64,000 nt of DNA, taken from the NCBI GenBank assembly GCA_947503145.1, contig CANNCP010000002.1, positions 404,367 through 468,366 on the forward strand, read 5' to 3'. Positions 60,419 through 64,000 of the stretch are shown here, piece after piece (positions within the stretch are counted from its first letter, which is position 1; each line of letters starts with the position of its first letter). The notes beneath the pieces are model-generated. The model saw only the letters and a program-made list of their open reading frames with translations, had not been told where the DNA came from and ran no database searches. This stretch comes from an uncultured Roseovarius sp. Lineage in GTDB: Bacteria > Pseudomonadota > Alphaproteobacteria > Rhodobacterales > Rhodobacteraceae. Both the position numbers and the translations under genes were made by a program.

Positions 60419-61840
60419 ATGCAGGACGCCCTTTTCCGGCCGTTTGACACACATCTCGACCCGGCCACCGCGCTGGTCCATCTGCGCGCGGCCACGCGCG
60501 GCGCCGATGACGGCGAGCTGTTTCTGGAGCGCAGGCGATCCGAGACGCTGGTTTTTGACGATGGCCGCGTGCGCACCGCCAGCTATGACGCCAGCGAAGG
60601 CTTTGGCCTGCGGGCGGTGCGCGGCGAGGCGGCGGGCTACGCCCACAGCACCGACATCTCCGAATCCGCCCTGACCCGCGCTGTCGAGACGGCACAACTG
60701 GCCGTGGGCGCGGGCGGCGGGACACTTGATGTCGGGCCTGCCGCCACGAACACCCGTCTCTACACCGATGCCGATCCCATCTCCGGAGCCAGCTTTCCGG
60801 TCAAGGTCGAGGTGCTGCGCGAGATCGACGCCTTTGCTCGCGATCTCGATTCGCGGGTGGTACAGGTGACGGCCGTGATCACCGCCGAATTTCAGGAGGT
60901 CGAGATTCTGCGCCCCGACGGCACACATCTGCGCGATGTGCGCCCGCTCACGCGGGTCAATGTTTCGGTCATCGTCGAACAGGACGGCCGCCGCGAGCAA
61001 GGCACGTCGGGTGGCGGCGGTCGGGTCGGGCTGAGCGGCCTCATCGCACCGCAAGACTGGCAAGCCAAGGCGCACGAGGCGTTGCGTATCGCGCTGGTAA
61101 ACCTGGAGGCGGTCCCCGCCCCCGCGGGTGTCATGGATGTGGTGCTGGGCCCCGGCTGGCCGGGAATCCTGCTGCATGAGGCGATCGGGCACGGGCTGGA
61201 GGGTGATTTCAATCGCAAGGGCAGCTCGGCCTTTGCCGGGCTGATGGGACAACGCATCGCGGCACCGGGTGTGACCGTTCTGGACGATGGGACACTGCCG
61301 GACCGACGCGGCAGTATCAGTTTCGACGACGAAGGCACGCCCTCGGGCCGTAACGTGCTGATCGAGGACGGCGTGCTGGTGGGATACATGCAGGACCGCC
61401 AGAGCGCCCGACTGATGGGCGTCGCCCCCACCGGCAACGGGCGGCGCGAGAGCTATGCTCATGCGCCGATGCCGCGCATGACCAACACCTACATGCTGGG
61501 TGGAGACGCCGCCCCCAGCGACATCGTGACGGATTTGCGCGATGGGATCTATGCGGTGGGATTCGGTGGCGGGCAGGTGGATATCACCAATGGCAAGTTC
61601 GTGTTTTCCTGCACCGAAGCCTACCGCGTGCAGAACGGCGTGATCGGCGCGCCGGTCAAGGGTGCTACCTTGATCGGCGACGGCGCGACGGCGCTGAGGC
61701 AGATCCGCGCGCTCGGCAATGACATGGCGCTCGATCCCGGCATGGGCAATTGCGGCAAGCAGGGCCAGTGGGTGCCTGTGGGGGTGGGACAGCCCACGGT
61801 GATGATCGGCGGCCTGACTGTCGGCGGCTCCGCAACTTGA
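60419..61840 (+). CDS. tldD: Metalloprotease TldD
   Basis: GFGLRAV, LLHEAIGHGLEGD, PRMTNTYM, Zn Cys in GNCGKQGQ, VGQPT. Confidence 0.95.
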   Translation: MQDALFRPFDTHLDPATALVHLRAATRGADDGELFLERRRSETLVFDDGRVRTASYDASEGFGLRAVRGEAAGYAHSTDISESALTRAVETAQLAVGAGGGTLDVGPAATNTRLYTDADPISGASFPVKVEVLREIDAFARDLDSRVVQVTAVITAEFQEVEILRPDGTHLRDVRPLTRVNVSVIVEQDGRREQGTSGGGGRVGLSGLIAPQDWQAKAHEALRIALVNLEAVPAPAGVMDVVLGPGWPGILLHEAIGHGLEGDFNRKGSSAFAGLMGQRIAAPGVTVLDDGTLPDRRGSISFDDEGTPSGRNVLIEDGVLVGYMQDRQSARLMGVAPTGNGRRESYAHAPMPRMTNTYMLGGDAAPSDIVTDLRDGIYAVGFGGGQVDITNGKFVFSCTEAYRVQNGVIGAPVKGATLIGDGATALRQIRALGNDMALDPGMGNCGKQGQWVPVGVGQPTVMIGGLTVGGSAT

Positions 61841-61892
61841 GTGCCGGGCTTCAAAACCGGGCGAACGGTTTCATGATCTTGCGGTGCCTGGT

Positions 61893-62008
61893 TAAAAGCG
61901 TTCCACCTGAAACCTGAGGCACTCAGTCAAGGCGGAATGCGTGCAACGGTCATATGTATCGGGCCGTTCCGCGAAAAGCTGTGAGTCAGGTTTTCGCGGA
62001 ACGCTTTA
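61893..62008 (+). repeat. Composite palindromic element: two hairpins bounded by TAAAAGCGTTCC / GGAACGCTTTA
   Basis: First part matches the reverse complement of 15791-15863; second hairpin is GTTCCGCGAAAA...TTTTCGCGGAAC. Confidence 0.72.
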
Positions 62009-62246
62009 GGCGCCGAATGTGGGCGATGTAGTGGGCGTTGCGAACCATCCGGTCGTCGACAGCGTCCGCACTGGTGGGCTCGCGGGCCATGTCATCTCGG
62101 GGCGGGCAACTGGGCGGTGATGGCTGCTGATAGCGCCCCTCGAAGAGTTCGCGCAGATCGAGCCACTGCTGGTCGGTCCATGCGTGCCCCAAGCGTCCAC
62201 TGCCCGACAGCGTGCCGCAAATATGCGCAACGATGACCAGACACAA
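61986..62246 (-). CDS. Possible small hypothetical protein
   Basis: The central stretch WTDQQWLDLRELFEGRY has coding-like codons; the start is unclear and the end runs into a repeat. Confidence 0.25.
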   Translation of the reverse strand: MCLVIVAHICGTLSGSGRLGHAWTDQQWLDLRELFEGRYQQPSPPSCPPRDDMAREPTSADAVDDRMVRNAHYIAHIRRLKRSAKT

Positions 62247-62394
62247 TTCCGCGTTCCCTTGAATAGTCGTTCATTTTTGCGCCGATCATTACTTGCTGTG
62301 ATTGATGCAATGCGCCAAGCTGAGGCCAGAGCGGCACAGGATCCACGTCAGGATCCGTCCAATGACCGTCTCAAACAATCTAAGGGAGTCTATC

Positions 62395-63984
62395 ATGAGA
62401 CTGAGAACCATCCTTGCCTCGGGCGTCGCCACGCTGGCACTGTCTTTCGCGGCCCAAGCCCAGACGCTTGTCTATTGCTCCGAGGGGAGCCCCGAAGGGT
62501 TTGACCCGGCACTATTCACTGCGGGCACGACCTTCGACGCCTCGTCGCACACCGTCTACAACCAGCTCGTCGAGTTCAAGACCGGCACGACCGAAGTCGT
62601 CCCCGGTCTCGCTGAAAGCTATGAGGTCAGCGATGATGGCCTGACCGTAACATTCAAGCTGCGCCCCGGCGTCAAGTTCCACAGTAACGACCAGTTCACC
62701 CCGACCCGCGATTTCAACGCCGATGACGTGGTGTTCTCATTCGACCGGCAGCGGCTGGACGATCACCCGTTCCACAATGCTTCGAGCGGGTCGTGGGAAT
62801 ACTTTGAATCGATGTCGATGCCCACGCTGATCTCGTCAGTCGAGAAGATCGACGACCTGACCGTCGCGTTCAACCTGAGCCGCCCCGAAGCGCCGTTCCT
62901 CGCCAACATGGCGATGGATTTTGCATCAATCCTGTCGGCAGAATACGCCGACGCGATGGCTGCGGCTGGCACCCCGGAAATGCTGAACCAGGCCCCGATC
63001 GGCACCGGACCGTTTACCTTCCAGGCGTATCAGAAGGATGCCGTGATCCGGTTCCTGCGCAACGATAACTACTGGAGCGATCCGGCCAAGGTCGAAACAC
63101 TGGTGTTTGCGATCACGCCCGACGCTTCGGTGCGCTATCAAAAGCTTCAGGCGGGTGAGTGCCACATCATGCCCTATCCGGCCCCGGCCGACGTGCAGGC
63201 GATGAAGGACAACCCCGACCTCAACGTGATGGAGCAGGAGGGTCTGAACGTCGGTTACCTCGCTTATAACGCCAAGGTAGCGCCGTTCGACAATCGGAAT
63301 GTGCGCAAGGCGCTGAACATGGCGATCGACAAGCAGGCGATCATCGACGTGGTGTTCCAGGGCTCGGGCCAGATAGCCAAGAACCCGATCCCGCCGACCA
63401 TGTGGTCCTACAACAACGCCATCGAGGACGATCCCTATGACCCCGAGGCCGCCAAGGCGGCTCTTGAGGCTGAAGGCGTGACCGATCTCAACATGAAGAT
63501 CTGGGCGATGCCGGTGCAACGCCCCTATAACCCGAACGCCCGCCGCATGGCCGAACTGATGCAAGAGGATTTCGCTCAGGTCGGTGTCAACGTCGAGATC
63601 GTATCCTATGAATGGGGTGAATATCTGGATCGCTCCAAAGCCGAGGACCGCGACGGTGCGGTACTGCTGGGCTGGACCGGTGACAACGGCGATCCCGACA
63701 ACTTCCTCGGCGTGCTGCTGGGCTGTGACGGGGTTGGCAGCGCCAACCGCGCGCAGTGGTGCAACGAAGAGTTCGACGGCTTGCTGACCAAAGCGCGCCA
63801 GTTGAGCGATCAGGCTGAACGCACCAAGCTTTACGAGCAGGCGCAGGTGATCTTCAAGGATCAGGCGCCTTGGGCCACCATCGCCCATTCGGTCGTCTTC
63901 ATGCCGATGCGCAAAGAGGTCGAAGGCTATGTTGTTCACCCGCTGGGTGGGCACATCTTCGACGACGTCAGCCTCGCTGAATAA
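62395..63984 (+). CDS. dppA: Dipeptide/oligopeptide ABC transporter substrate-binding protein (DppA-like)
   Basis: LVYCSEGSPEGFDP, PIGTGPF, VRKALNMAID, RPYNPNARRMAE, WCN; AAGGGAG RBS. Confidence 0.9.
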   Translation: MRLRTILASGVATLALSFAAQAQTLVYCSEGSPEGFDPALFTAGTTFDASSHTVYNQLVEFKTGTTEVVPGLAESYEVSDDGLTVTFKLRPGVKFHSNDQFTPTRDFNADDVVFSFDRQRLDDHPFHNASSGSWEYFESMSMPTLISSVEKIDDLTVAFNLSRPEAPFLANMAMDFASILSAEYADAMAAAGTPEMLNQAPIGTGPFTFQAYQKDAVIRFLRNDNYWSDPAKVETLVFAITPDASVRYQKLQAGECHIMPYPAPADVQAMKDNPDLNVMEQEGLNVGYLAYNAKVAPFDNRNVRKALNMAIDKQAIIDVVFQGSGQIAKNPIPPTMWSYNNAIEDDPYDPEAAKAALEAEGVTDLNMKIWAMPVQRPYNPNARRMAELMQEDFAQVGVNVEIVSYEWGEYLDRSKAEDRDGAVLLGWTGDNGDPDNFLGVLLGCDGVGSANRAQWCNEEFDGLLTKARQLSDQAERTKLYEQAQVIFKDQAPWATIAHSVVFMPMRKEVEGYVVHPLGGHIFDDVSLAE

Positions 63985-64000
63985 GCAAACGAGGTCCGGG

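Overview
A roughly 65% GC window from an alphaproteobacterial chromosome, most likely Rhodobacterales/Roseobacter group (inferred from protein families, synteny and Rhodobacteraceae-type regulatory motifs). Most of it is conserved backbone: coaBC-dut, dnaX-ybaB-recR, rpsU, tRNA-Thr(CGT), cspA, gcvTHP with a tandem glycine riboswitch, gltX, nadE, leuA with a Leu-codon leader peptide, the ctaC-ctaB-ctaG-ctaE-SURF1-thrC-M16-rimJ run, tldD and a dppA-like binding protein. There is no integrase, transposase, phage gene, CRISPR array or rRNA. The most unusual part is an accessory-looking block at about 17.8-27.7 kb. It holds a four-gene branched-chain 2-oxoacid dehydrogenase operon and a compact candidate Fe-S maturation or repair module: a DUF6522-like gene, DUF2249, an NsrR-like Rrf2 regulator, an Mrp/ApbC-DUF971 fusion and a four-domain Nfu fusion protein. 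Other points of interest are an E. coli-like dUTPase in the usual dut position, a BNR/Asp-box propeller plus membrane-protein pair, FNR-type boxes, iron-box palindromes and several families of short dispersed palindromic repeats. All family calls come from recognising motifs by eye. No database search was run, and start codons were chosen manually.
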